Origin: Promethearchaeota archaeon
Lineage (GTDB): Archaea > Asgardarchaeota > Lokiarchaeia > Sigyniarchaeales > SOKP01
Direction: 5' to 3'
NCBI GenBank assembly: GCA_008080735.1
Contig: SHMW01000014.1
Coordinates: forward strand, 1 to 64,000
DNA: 64,000 nucleotides
The position numbers and the translations under genes are program-made. The notes beneath the pieces were generated by a model that had not been told where the DNA came from, did no database searches, and saw only the letters and a program-made list of their open reading frames with translations. This document shows positions 49,451 through 59,135 of this stretch, piece by piece (the stretch's first letter is position 1; each line of letters begins with the position of its first letter).

Positions 49451-50656
49451 ATTTCTTTCGAAGAGTTATCTAAAGAATTAGCAAAGCTCATGGAAGATAC
49501 GAAAGAGCTCGAACTTAAGGATGTAGATTTGTTCGCTGAATATTTAGAGTTTCAGATGCTTCCTACTATCGTCGCATCGGCAGCGCAAGCCGCAGGCTTA
49601 CCCGCACCTGGTAAACTTGGAAAAGCAGAGTGGACATCAAAACAGTTTAAATTAGAGGTGCAATATCCTGGAGAAATCGAGACAATTCAATTCATCCGAT
49701 CGAATGGGAAAACGTGTACTATCGGTGGAGAAAAAGTCCCTCCATTTTATAGCTTTTTGGGAGTGGGTAAACAGAATCCTCATCCTCCCTTGATTACTTA
49801 CGATGTATTTGATATGGGGGATAAGATGATGCTTCCAAAACCCATCAAGAACGAGTATAAAGATGTATTGGGTAATCCCGCAGAATGGGCTAAGTTTGCA
49901 GTTGATAAGTTTGGTGCGGAATGTATCACTTTTCACTCATTAGGAATTGACCCGGGAACACTTGATTGGCCAGTCTCAAAATCTAAAGAATTATTTGAGG
50001 ACGTGCTTCAAGCAGTCGACGTACCTGTTATTATTGGTTGTTCTGGAAACAAGGAAAAGGATGTAGAGATGTTTAAAGAGCTCGCAGCTATGTCTGAAGA
50101 TGATGTTTTAATGCTTTCGGCAGCTGATAAGGCTACCTGGGAGGAAGTTATCCCACTCGCAGTGAAATACGATCATAACTGCCTATTATGGACATCCCTC
50201 GACTTAAACAATCAGATTAAAATGAATAAAGATGCAATCGAATTAGGTCTTCCGCGCAATCGCATCGTTATGGATCCCACCTGTGCTACTTTGGGGTATG
50301 GTATGGAATATAGTTTCAGCATCTATCAGAGAATGAGGATGGCTGGACTCTTGGGTGAAGAAGATTTAGCCTATCCGATTAGTGGTGGTACTACTAACGC
50401 ATGGGGTGCTCGTGAAGCATGGATGAGTGAGAAAAAGACTCCAAGCGATTGGGGAGCGAGAGAATACCGAGGACCAATTTGGGAAATCTTGAATGCGTTG
50501 AGCTTATCGCTTGTTGGGCTTGATCTCGCAATGATGTTCCATCCAATATCAGCGAAGCATATGAAGGATATCACTACACAGTTCTTCGCAGAGATGCCAG
50601 AGACATTAGAAGATATGGGCTACTATAACTGGGTATCCGGTCAGATGAAGCGTTAA
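49451..50656 (+). CDS. cdhD: CO dehydrogenase/acetyl-CoA synthase delta subunit (corrinoid Fe-S protein small subunit); track ATG at 49490, predicted ATT start at 49451
   Basis: YPGEIETI...IGGEKVPPFYSF; PAEWAK; VMDPTCATLGYG.EYS; NAWGAREAW; RGPIWE; MFHP. Confidence 0.93.
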   Translation: MSFEELSKELAKLMEDTKELELKDVDLFAEYLEFQMLPTIVASAAQAAGLPAPGKLGKAEWTSKQFKLEVQYPGEIETIQFIRSNGKTCTIGGEKVPPFYSFLGVGKQNPHPPLITYDVFDMGDKMMLPKPIKNEYKDVLGNPAEWAKFAVDKFGAECITFHSLGIDPGTLDWPVSKSKELFEDVLQAVDVPVIIGCSGNKEKDVEMFKELAAMSEDDVLMLSAADKATWEEVIPLAVKYDHNCLLWTSLDLNNQIKMNKDAIELGLPRNRIVMDPTCATLGYGMEYSFSIYQRMRMAGLLGEEDLAYPISGGTTNAWGAREAWMSEKKTPSDWGAREYRGPIWEILNALSLSLVGLDLAMMFHPISAKHMKDITTQFFAEMPETLEDMGYYNWVSGQMKR

Positions 50657-50683
50657 ATTTTATTTTCCTTTTTTTACTTTTTT
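50657..50683 (+). terminator. Oligo-T terminator after cdhD
   Basis: atttattttcctttttttactttttt-like T tract directly after the stop. Confidence 0.45.
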
Positions 50684-50883
50684 CCACATACATTATCATC
50701 GTATTCTGATTATTTTATAAGAGGTTTAAATGATCTATTGAATACAGAACGTATAATTTCCATGAAAACTTCAGAGAAATAGCTTGGTTTTTTTTGTGGA
50801 ATGAAAAGAAATGAAGTTAAGGTTAAAACGTGCTTAAAAATGCATAGAGCTACAAATGAAATGCCTGCATTTTATCAGTGAAT

Positions 50884-51108
50884 TTATGATTTTTGAATTT
50901 TCAGAAAATAGGTTTCGCCATTGATTTTATGCTCCACTACATCATGTCCCTCTTTTTCTGCGAAGCGTTTTATGTTTTCGGAAGCTTCCGCAAAGTCCCC
51001 AGTTATTTCGAGGATATCTCCCGAATTTAATTCTTTTAATTTCCTTTTCGTTTGTGCCACAGGCATCGGGCATACCATCCCTTCACATTTCAATTCATAA
51101 TTAGTCAT
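50884..51108 (-). CDS. tusA: TusA/SirA-family sulfur carrier
   Basis: CEGMVCPMP; GDILEI; SD GGAGGG before ATG 51108. Confidence 0.88.
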   Translation of the reverse strand: MTNYELKCEGMVCPMPVAQTKRKLKELNSGDILEITGDFAEASENIKRFAEKEGHDVVEHKINGETYFLKIQKS

Positions 51109-51135
51109 TATTTTTCCCTCCAATTAGAAGTATTA

Positions 51136-51495
51136 TTAACTAAACAATATTTTATCTGCTTCTATAGACATCTCTAAAAAGCCGTGCATCGTAGTTTTTT
51201 CAATCCCATCCATTAATTCGTCCTCCTTCATACCTCTTGCTTTCATACATACCCCGCATGCTTTCACGTTCGCCCCTTCATCTAATACGTCCCGCAACCA
51301 CTTTCCCACATTATCATAGTTTGATGGATCTTGTCCTCTTTTTCCTACAAAAATTCCATCTTCTACTAAAAAAATGTTCACCTTATGACCATCTAATAAA
51401 GCGGTGTAAGCAAAACGTAACATAGTATAAGGTCTTTCTTTCGTGTAGGCGCCATCTCCAATAGCGATGGTGAAAATTTGGTGATCTTCCGTCAT
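51136..51495 (-). CDS. DsrE/TusD-like sulfur relay protein
   Basis: VNIFLVEDG; ACGVCMKARG; ADKILFS. Confidence 0.88.
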   Translation of the reverse strand: MTEDHQIFTIAIGDGAYTKERPYTMLRFAYTALLDGHKVNIFLVEDGIFVGKRGQDPSNYDNVGKWLRDVLDEGANVKACGVCMKARGMKEDELMDGIEKTTMHGFLEMSIEADKILFS

Positions 51496-51585
51496 TTTTT
51501 AAATTTTCTATTTTAATTATAATAGTATAATAAATCAAACATTCGAAAATTTATTAATATTTTCGTAATGATTTATTTATAGTTT

Positions 51586-51604
51586 CGATAAACTAATTAA
51601 ATCG
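51586..51604. promoter_or_regulatory. LysR-type T-N11-A box
   Basis: CGAT-N11-ATCG dyad in the divergent DsrE/LysR intergenic region. Confidence 0.55.
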
Positions 51605-51647
51605 CAAAATATTTTTTCTATCAGAGAAACCTTATAAGTGATTAGTT

Positions 51648-52547
51648 GTGAATATTGAATATATTAGAAATTTTATTGCACTTACTAAATACAGAAGCTT
51701 CTCAGAATTAGCGAATACTTTATCCATCTCCCAGAGTACCTTGTCTCACAGGATATCACAATTGGAAGAAGAATTAGGAAATGTACGATTAATCCATAGA
51801 ACAACAAAATCATTTGAATTAACGCAGCAAGGGAAGATTTTTTTGGAATATGGGCAAAAAATTATTTCCTTGTATGATAAAGTTATCCAAGAGTTGAACG
51901 CATTTGGGGAGAGTATTATTGAAGAGATCACCATAACTACCTCCAAATTACCAGGATCTCAGATCCTTCCAAAATATATTGCTCAATTTAAGACTCAAAA
52001 TCCCCGTGTTAGTTTCAAAACCCTTATTAATAATTCTAAGAAATCAATCAATTTATTGAAAAAAGGGAGCGCGGATTTTGGGGGGGTTGGCAGTTTTATG
52101 GAGAATGAGAAAGACCAATTCGATTTTATAGAGATAGGTGAGGATGAGATGTTTTTTATTTGTTCCCCAAACCATGAACTTATCCAGCAGGGGGGTAAAG
52201 AAGTGAGTTTCGATCAACTCAAAAAATATCCATTTATTTCACGCGAGCTTGGATCAGGTACCAGGCATACGTTCGAGAAGAAGTTTCCGAGGAATAATGA
52301 ACTTAAGGTGAAATTAGAAATAAACGATAATGATTCTATTATCTCTGCCGTAAGCGGGAGTGATTATATTTCGGTCTTGAGCAAGAAGATTGCTCAAAAA
52401 GCTGAAGATGCTGGATTAATTTCCACCTTACACTTGAAAAACTATCCCATAGTTGCCAGACGAGAGATTTTTTTTTTAAAAGTAAAAAATAAAGAATATA
52501 GTAATTTGAAAAATAAATTTTGGAATTATTTGAAGAATTCTCTGTAA
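51648..52547 (+). CDS. LysR-family transcriptional regulator (CysL/selenium-metabolism-associated type)
   Basis: SFSELANTLSISQSTLS.RISQLEEELG..LIHRTT; PFISRELGSGTR. Confidence 0.92.
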   Translation: MNIEYIRNFIALTKYRSFSELANTLSISQSTLSHRISQLEEELGNVRLIHRTTKSFELTQQGKIFLEYGQKIISLYDKVIQELNAFGESIIEEITITTSKLPGSQILPKYIAQFKTQNPRVSFKTLINNSKKSINLLKKGSADFGGVGSFMENEKDQFDFIEIGEDEMFFICSPNHELIQQGGKEVSFDQLKKYPFISRELGSGTRHTFEKKFPRNNELKVKLEINDNDSIISAVSGSDYISVLSKKIAQKAEDAGLISTLHLKNYPIVARREIFFLKVKNKEYSNLKNKFWNYLKNSL

Positions 52548-52551
52548 TTAT

Positions 52552-53808
52552 TTATTTAATCAACGGGGTTATTTTATCAAAGTTTAATAAATTATTCCAC
52601 TTCTGCTTGAGTGGGTGAAATCCTCTGATAAGTGTGATAATATAAAATCCAAAAAATATCACGGATGCTAATCCTGGAATAAACCCACCTAAGAACTCTG
52701 TGAACCCTGGTCCCGAACCATAGGTAATTATGGTATAGATAAATGAAGCACTCGCAATGAGCACAGAGAATAACGAAATAATAAAGGCTGATCTTTTACT
52801 TAAATACAATTGAATGGGTCCTAAATCTAAGCGGAAATACTTGGGTTGTACAATTATTCCGAGAATTGTTTTACTGATGACATTTTCTTCATATTCCACC
52901 ATAACATTAAGAAATCGTCTCTGAGGATCTTTTTGCTTCTTTCCCTTCTCCATTTTTAGGGGCATTACAGAAAAAATCATCACTGGGGGATTTACAGCAT
53001 CTTTGTGCACAACCACACGACCATTTAGGGGGTGGGTTTCAAATCCCTCTCCTTGTATTATGATATTTAACACTGGCGGTTCCTTCTTTGTTGTTTCGAT
53101 ATGGACGGTCGTGGTATATATCACCTTACCTTCTTCATCCATTATTTTAAGTTCTTCGTGGGAGAGAAATACATAAAATAGATAGCTTTTCTTCTCCATC
53201 ATTACTGAATAGTATTGGAAACCCATATTTACATCATAGACAATTTTTTCCTCATCAAAATCATCACTCAATCGTTCCTCATCTCTGCGTAAAGTTTTTG
53301 CTAGATCCTGAGAAAGGCTTCCAGATCCTCCTGCAAGACTGTCCCCTTTTGGTGGAGCACCAGGGGCACTTGGCAAAGCTTCCTCTCTATTTCTGATTTT
53401 AACTTCTTCTTTTAGCTCTTCGGCGTCGTAAAAAATGGCAGAATCCTTTTTAGTATCAGATCGGATCTTCTTTTTCGAGGGGGGTGCTTGTGGTTTTTCT
53501 GTCTTAGGTATAATCGGGACCTCTGGGATAATTTCTTTTTTAAATTCCATTAATTCCTTTATCTTTTTATTTTCAGAAATACTTTTATTACCAAATGCTA
53601 CTACACTGATTTTTTCCCTATTTAATCCCGTATCTTTTAAGCATTCAGCAATATCGTTCAAAATGGTTTTGAGTTTAGTAGATTTTTTATAAAGTCCAAC
53701 ATATGAAAAATTCAAGATTTCGATGGTCAAAGTTTTAGAATTTGTATTATAATGAATTTTATCTATTGTAATCTTAAGCGAAGATAACTTTTGAGTCATT
53801 GTTTGCAT
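52552..53808 (-). CDS. Hypothetical protein: low-complexity linker, beta-rich domain, two C-terminal TMs
   Basis: 418-aa ORF with SD GGTGAG; hydrophobic C-terminal helices. Confidence 0.7.
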   Translation of the reverse strand: MQTMTQKLSSLKITIDKIHYNTNSKTLTIEILNFSYVGLYKKSTKLKTILNDIAECLKDTGLNREKISVVAFGNKSISENKKIKELMEFKKEIIPEVPIIPKTEKPQAPPSKKKIRSDTKKDSAIFYDAEELKEEVKIRNREEALPSAPGAPPKGDSLAGGSGSLSQDLAKTLRRDEERLSDDFDEEKIVYDVNMGFQYYSVMMEKKSYLFYVFLSHEELKIMDEEGKVIYTTTVHIETTKKEPPVLNIIIQGEGFETHPLNGRVVVHKDAVNPPVMIFSVMPLKMEKGKKQKDPQRRFLNVMVEYEENVISKTILGIIVQPKYFRLDLGPIQLYLSKRSAFIISLFSVLIASASFIYTIITYGSGPGFTEFLGGFIPGLASVIFFGFYIITLIRGFHPLKQKWNNLLNFDKITPLIK

Positions 53809-53979
53809 TAATATCTCACCTTTACAAATAACTATTGATTAATAACTATGAGATGGGCTAGTAATATAAACTTTATTCGAAATTGACATTTTTATGATAA
53901 GCTGAAAAAAATTTTCCATCTTATATCTTTAAATAATATGAATGCTGAATATTTATTTAATACACTTTAGGGGATATTT

Positions 53980-55554
53980 TTGAGTAATAAATATATTATT
54001 ACATATGATCTTGGAACAACGGGAAATAAGGCTGCTCTGTTTGATTTTAACCTTAATCTGATTTCTCAATATAAGGAAGATTATCCCATTTATTACCCTC
54101 AAAAAGGTTGGGCGGAACAAGAGGCAGAAGATTATTGGAAATCGATGATTCAGACTACAAGATCTCTGCTAACTGATTCGAATATAGATCCTGAACAGGT
54201 AAAAGCAATTATTTGCGATTGTCAAATGAATTGTACCGTTCCCATCAATAAAAACGGCGAAGATTTGATGCGATGTATAAATTGGCTAGATACACGAGCG
54301 GCCAATATTACCAAAAAGTTTAGAAAGGGACTGATAAGAATTTCTGGGTTTGGTATTCTTAAATTGTTACGATTCATAAAAATAACGGGCGGAGCTCCAG
54401 GAGTAAATGGAAAAGACCCAATATCGCATATATTATGGATTAAAGAGAAGAGACCAGAAATTTATCAAGCCACATATAAATTTCTTAGCGTAAAAGATTT
54501 CGTGCTATATAAATGCACCAATAATGCGGTCACTTCTCGAGATTTGGGAAATACTTCTTGGTTAATGGATACCAATCTGGATGTGTTGGATTGGTCAGAT
54601 AAGCTCTTAAACAAATTAAAGATCGATAGGAATAAGCTTCCAAAAATAAAAAAATCAACAGAAATTGCGGGGAAATTAACTGAGGAGGCTGCTACTTCTT
54701 TGGGACTCAATTCTGGCATACCCGTATTTGTAGGTTCGGGAGACATTACATCCGCTGCGATTGGGTCAGGAGCGATTAAAGAAGATGAGATCCATATTTG
54801 TTTAGGTACAGCCGATTGGGTGGCAGCACATACGTCCGAGCGAAAAAAAGATCTTGTGCATTATACTGGATCCATCTGCTCGGCTAAGGATGATTATTTG
54901 TGTCTCTCAAAACAAGAAACTGGAGCGGCATGCTTAGATTGGGCGCGAGACCAGATCTTCACAGGCGAGATCGCTCAATTTGGGGATAACAAGCAAGAAT
55001 TATATGATTATTTAGATGAAATAGTAGAGAAAGCGAGACCAGGATCTAAAAATCTAATTTTTACTCCTTGGCTTTTTGGAGAAAGAAGTCCATTGAATGA
55101 CCCCGATGTGAGAGGAGGATTTTATAATCTTAGTCTTGAACATACTCGATCGCATTTACTTCGGGCTATTTATGAAGGAGTCGCTTATAATATCAAATGG
55201 GCTTTAGAATATATCGAAAAGTTGGTGGGACAATCGAAAACGATAAATATTATTGGGGGTGGTGCTTTATCGGATATTTGGTGTCAAATCTTAGCTGATG
55301 TATTGGACAGAGAAATAAAACAAATGAAGGAACCAAATTTGGGAAGTACGCGAGGTTCTGCCGTAATTGCCCTAGTGGGATTAGGAGAATTCAAGGATTT
55401 TAATGAGGCAACTCATCTAATCGAGATTGAAAAACGATTTACTCCTCGATCTGAGACTAAACCTATTTATACTAAATTATATAAGGAATTTTTGAAAGTA
55501 TATAAGAGAAATAAAAAGATGTTTAAGAATTTAAATCTTGAAAATACACCTTAA
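53980..55554 (+). CDS. FGGY-family carbohydrate kinase (xylulokinase-like)
   Basis: YDLGTTGNKA; GWAEQ; WLDTRA; GSGD; PWLFGERSP; RAIYEGVA; GGGA. Confidence 0.92.
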   Translation: MSNKYIITYDLGTTGNKAALFDFNLNLISQYKEDYPIYYPQKGWAEQEAEDYWKSMIQTTRSLLTDSNIDPEQVKAIICDCQMNCTVPINKNGEDLMRCINWLDTRAANITKKFRKGLIRISGFGILKLLRFIKITGGAPGVNGKDPISHILWIKEKRPEIYQATYKFLSVKDFVLYKCTNNAVTSRDLGNTSWLMDTNLDVLDWSDKLLNKLKIDRNKLPKIKKSTEIAGKLTEEAATSLGLNSGIPVFVGSGDITSAAIGSGAIKEDEIHICLGTADWVAAHTSERKKDLVHYTGSICSAKDDYLCLSKQETGAACLDWARDQIFTGEIAQFGDNKQELYDYLDEIVEKARPGSKNLIFTPWLFGERSPLNDPDVRGGFYNLSLEHTRSHLLRAIYEGVAYNIKWALEYIEKLVGQSKTINIIGGGALSDIWCQILADVLDREIKQMKEPNLGSTRGSAVIALVGLGEFKDFNEATHLIEIEKRFTPRSETKPIYTKLYKEFLKVYKRNKKMFKNLNLENTP

Positions 55555-56530
55555 ATTCGAGTAAATATTCTTTCAAATCTTTATACTCTTCTAAGTTAAT
55601 TTCTTCTCCCAGAATACTTTTAATTGCCTCATCCACAATCTTTAAATCCCTATAGAGCTTTGGATCTTGATAGCTTTGATTTGAAATAGGTTTATTCCAA
55701 GGTTTTAATTTAGGGAATGAATTTATTGCCCTCTTCTTCCAGTTGAGACGCTTTTTATATTCGGGTGTGAGCGCTTTAATGGAATTCGCATCCCATTTTT
55801 GAATAATCCACGGCGCATATAAATTTAATTTGTCAAAATCTAAAGCCAAATCATATCTCCATTCGTATTGGTGATACCAATTGGCAGTAGAAATATAATT
55901 TTCATTAAGCACTTTTTCATAGGGAAAAAATTGCCAGGGACTATCTTTAAGATCTTTTGTTCGGAATAATGTTCCCTCTCCATATTGAAAGAAAAATCCT
56001 TCCTTTTCAAACTTTTTAGGATTCTTATCCTCGAATTTAAGATAGAGTTCAATCTGGGTAATATCTATTGTACTTCCCAATACTTCGTCCTCATAAAGCT
56101 TAAGGATTAGATTTTTTGCTTCCTCTGGATGTACTTTACCAGAAAACACGGGATAAAATATAAAACAATAATAAGATTGATTGGCCTCAGTATTTCCTCT
56201 AAAGATCTCAATCCAACACTCAATTGGTTTTATGTGCACGTTAGATCGCCAATAATTAAATAATAATGCGATAGCAAAGAGCGAGCTTATAATGATTACA
56301 GCAATAAAAAGTGGAATACTAAAAAATATGGAGGAGATCAATACAGATATCGCAATATAGATTAATAGCCCCCCAATGATAAAAAAGAATCCAATTAATG
56401 AGTTATAAGATTCGGGTTCTTTATCTTCTTTAGAAAATAGAATTTTAGGAGCATTATCAGTAATAATTTTAATTCCAAATTGACTTACAAATTGCTTGAA
56501 ATTGACTCTCGTCCATTCAGATTCTGACAT
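55523..56530 (-). CDS. Hypothetical membrane protein
   Basis: Two N-terminal TMs followed by an aromatic-rich soluble domain; 32-bp tail-to-tail overlap with the kinase. Confidence 0.7.
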   Translation of the reverse strand: MSESEWTRVNFKQFVSQFGIKIITDNAPKILFSKEDKEPESYNSLIGFFFIIGGLLIYIAISVLISSIFFSIPLFIAVIIISSLFAIALLFNYWRSNVHIKPIECWIEIFRGNTEANQSYYCFIFYPVFSGKVHPEEAKNLILKLYEDEVLGSTIDITQIELYLKFEDKNPKKFEKEGFFFQYGEGTLFRTKDLKDSPWQFFPYEKVLNENYISTANWYHQYEWRYDLALDFDKLNLYAPWIIQKWDANSIKALTPEYKKRLNWKKRAINSFPKLKPWNKPISNQSYQDPKLYRDLKIVDEAIKSILGEEINLEEYKDLKEYLLEFKVYFQDLNS

Positions 56531-56585
56531 AATAATCTATCGATTCTTTTTCATATAAATAATTTGTCTATTTCAATAAGAATTG

Positions 56586-56612
56586 AAAAACAAAAACAAA
56601 AACAAAAACAAA
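56586..56612 (+). repeat. (AAAAAC)n microsatellite, about four units
   Basis: aaaaacaaaaacaaaaacaaaaacaaa in the intergenic region. Confidence 0.6.
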
Positions 56613-56677
56613 TAAAAAAATCGGCGCTCCTTGATATTTTTAATTGGAATTATTAATTATATAACTTGAAGAGATAA

Positions 56678-58987
56678 ATGGTTGACTTCGACGAATTTGT
56701 TAAAACTATAAAGTCTGAAAATTATTACGACGAGCAGATCGCCTATGTACAGCATATCCCCAAAAAAGAACCAAAATTCGGAAATCTTGATAAACCATTA
56801 AAATCAAGACTCCAAAAATGGTTAGTTCATAATAATATAGACATCTGGGCTCATCAAGCGAAAGCGATTAATGCTATACGGGAAGGAAAAAATACTGTAA
56901 TCTCCACCTCGACTGCCTCTGGAAAATCGTTATGCTATAATTTATCAGTTCTCCAATCAATAATAGAAAACCCCAAAACTACCGCCATTTATGTTTTTCC
57001 CACGAAAGCCCTATCTCGAGATCAATACCATACCCTTCAAAATTTACTCTCTCAAACGAAAATTAAAGAATCACGAGTAGGGTTGTACGATGGAGATATC
57101 GAATCAAATGAGAAGCGAAAAGTATTAGCAAATGCGAATATTATAATTACCAATCCATACGGACTTCATTTCTATTTACCATGGTTTAAACGTAAATGGG
57201 GAAGAATTTGTCAAAATCTCAAATATATTATCTTGGATGAGATACATATATACCGCGGGATATTTGGCTCAAATTTTGCCCTTCTTATGCGGAGATTGAA
57301 ACGTATATTAGAAAATTATGGAGTTAAGCCCACGTGGATATTATCGAGCGCCACAATTAATAACCCTCAACAATTCGCGGAAAAGCTAGTGGGAGAGAAG
57401 TTCACCGTTATTGATGAGGATGATTCTCCCTCAGGAGCGAAAAAAGTCATTTTATGGGATTTACCTTACGATGAATATTCCGAAAAATACCGCTCAGCCC
57501 ATCAAGAAACTAAAAACTTATTTATTACTCATTTAAAGCACAATATTCAGACACTCACCTTCACATTATCCCGAAAAATGGCTGAACTCCAGGCAATATG
57601 GACTAGAGAGGCGCTCCCTACCATTCGAGAACAAATTCATAGTTATCGAGCGGGGATCAGTAAACAAAAAAGAAGGTTAATAGAACGGAATTTTAAAAAT
57701 AAAAATATATTAGGTATTAGCTCGACAAATGCCTTAGAATTAGGAATCGATATCGGAACTCTTGAAGCCACGATATGTTCCGGCTTTCCAGGAACCTTAT
57801 CCAGTTTTTGGCAGCAGATCGGAAGATCTGGGCGGGGTGAGGAATTATCCCTCTCAACTTTTATTCCTATGGAAAATCCGTTGGATCTTTTTTACATTCA
57901 TAATCCAGATATTCTTTTCGGTCCCATCCAAGAAGAGATACTCATCTCTCTTAAAAACAAATATATTCTAAAAAATCATCTTTCATGCGCAGCAAAAGAA
58001 CGACCTTTAGAAATGGATGAATATAGCAAGTTTGGAATTACTGAGAAGGAATTATATACTGATTGTTTAAAGGAACTTCTGGAAGAGGATTTAATGATGA
58101 AACGCGGAGGGAAATTCTACTGGAAAGGGACCTTCTATCCTAATCAGAAGTACAGCTTAACCGATCTCTCCAATAGAAGCTATAAAGTGATTTTAAAAAC
58201 CCCATTAAAAGAATATTTGCTCACCAGTGAGGATGAGAGCTATGTGTTTCGGGATTTACATCCTGGAGCGGTTTATTTATATGAGGCTGAAACATTTGTT
58301 GTAGAAGAGCTTGATTTAGAGGAGCGAAAAGTATACATATCTAAACAGAAAGTGGATTACTACACCCAATCACTAAAGCATACCGATATAATGGTTCTTG
58401 AAGAGACCTTCCAAAATAAAATGGGTCCAAGAGGGGATATTGAAGTGCATTTTGGAGATGTTCGCGTAGAACATGAATATTATTCCTATAAAGTTATTGA
58501 TACATTATCTCAAGAAATTAGATCTCGTCATCCACTTGAAAATATTCCTATCATCGAATATGAGACGCAAGCTTTTTGGTTTTATATCCCTTTTGAAATT
58601 CAAAAGAAATTGGAAACTGAGGGTTTTGATTTGGGGGGCTCCATCCATGCGATCGAACATGCGATGATAGCAATGGCGCCAGCGCTTGCCCAAATCTCGC
58701 GTTGGGATCTTGGGGGCGTTTCGATTGATTTCGATTCAGTCAAACAAATGCCTGTAATATACATATATGATGCATATCGGGGCGGGATAGGTATTTCAGA
58801 ACTTCTTTATTTCCATTTTAATGAATTGTTAGATCTTACTTATAAATTAATTGATTCTTGTAGCTGCAAGGCTTCGGATGGCTGTCCAGCCTGTCTAATG
58901 AGTCCAAAATGTGGGAACAATAATGAGCCGCTGGATAAAATGGGATCTCTATTTCTTTTAAGGAGATTAAATAATAATAACCATTAG
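56678..58987 (+). CDS. SF2 DEAH helicase with DUF1998 Zn domain (Hrq1/MrfA/SftH family)
   Basis: TASGKS; PTKALSRDQ; DEIH; SAT; ALELGIDIG; QQIGRSGR; CSC...GCPAC...KCGNNNEPLDK. Confidence 0.93.
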   Translation: MVDFDEFVKTIKSENYYDEQIAYVQHIPKKEPKFGNLDKPLKSRLQKWLVHNNIDIWAHQAKAINAIREGKNTVISTSTASGKSLCYNLSVLQSIIENPKTTAIYVFPTKALSRDQYHTLQNLLSQTKIKESRVGLYDGDIESNEKRKVLANANIIITNPYGLHFYLPWFKRKWGRICQNLKYIILDEIHIYRGIFGSNFALLMRRLKRILENYGVKPTWILSSATINNPQQFAEKLVGEKFTVIDEDDSPSGAKKVILWDLPYDEYSEKYRSAHQETKNLFITHLKHNIQTLTFTLSRKMAELQAIWTREALPTIREQIHSYRAGISKQKRRLIERNFKNKNILGISSTNALELGIDIGTLEATICSGFPGTLSSFWQQIGRSGRGEELSLSTFIPMENPLDLFYIHNPDILFGPIQEEILISLKNKYILKNHLSCAAKERPLEMDEYSKFGITEKELYTDCLKELLEEDLMMKRGGKFYWKGTFYPNQKYSLTDLSNRSYKVILKTPLKEYLLTSEDESYVFRDLHPGAVYLYEAETFVVEELDLEERKVYISKQKVDYYTQSLKHTDIMVLEETFQNKMGPRGDIEVHFGDVRVEHEYYSYKVIDTLSQEIRSRHPLENIPIIEYETQAFWFYIPFEIQKKLETEGFDLGGSIHAIEHAMIAMAPALAQISRWDLGGVSIDFDSVKQMPVIYIYDAYRGGIGISELLYFHFNELLDLTYKLIDSCSCKASDGCPACLMSPKCGNNNEPLDKMGSLFLLRRLNNNNH

Positions 58988-59135
58988 GTAAAATCAAGTT
59001 TATGATTCTGCTTTTCCTATATTTTTTTATCTACCATTTTATAATTTATATTTTAGAAAAATGAAACATATTAATGGATAATACCTATGATTGTTAGAAT
59101 TATAATTCTATTAGATTTAAGAAGGTGTGAAAAAG

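Noticed and set aside
56678-58987. DISARM/Druantia-type defence system (DUF1998 helicase plus methyltransferase)
   Set aside because: The MTase is over 40 kb away and no drmA/C/D or other defence genes are adjacent. The protein fits the housekeeping Hrq1/MrfA family.
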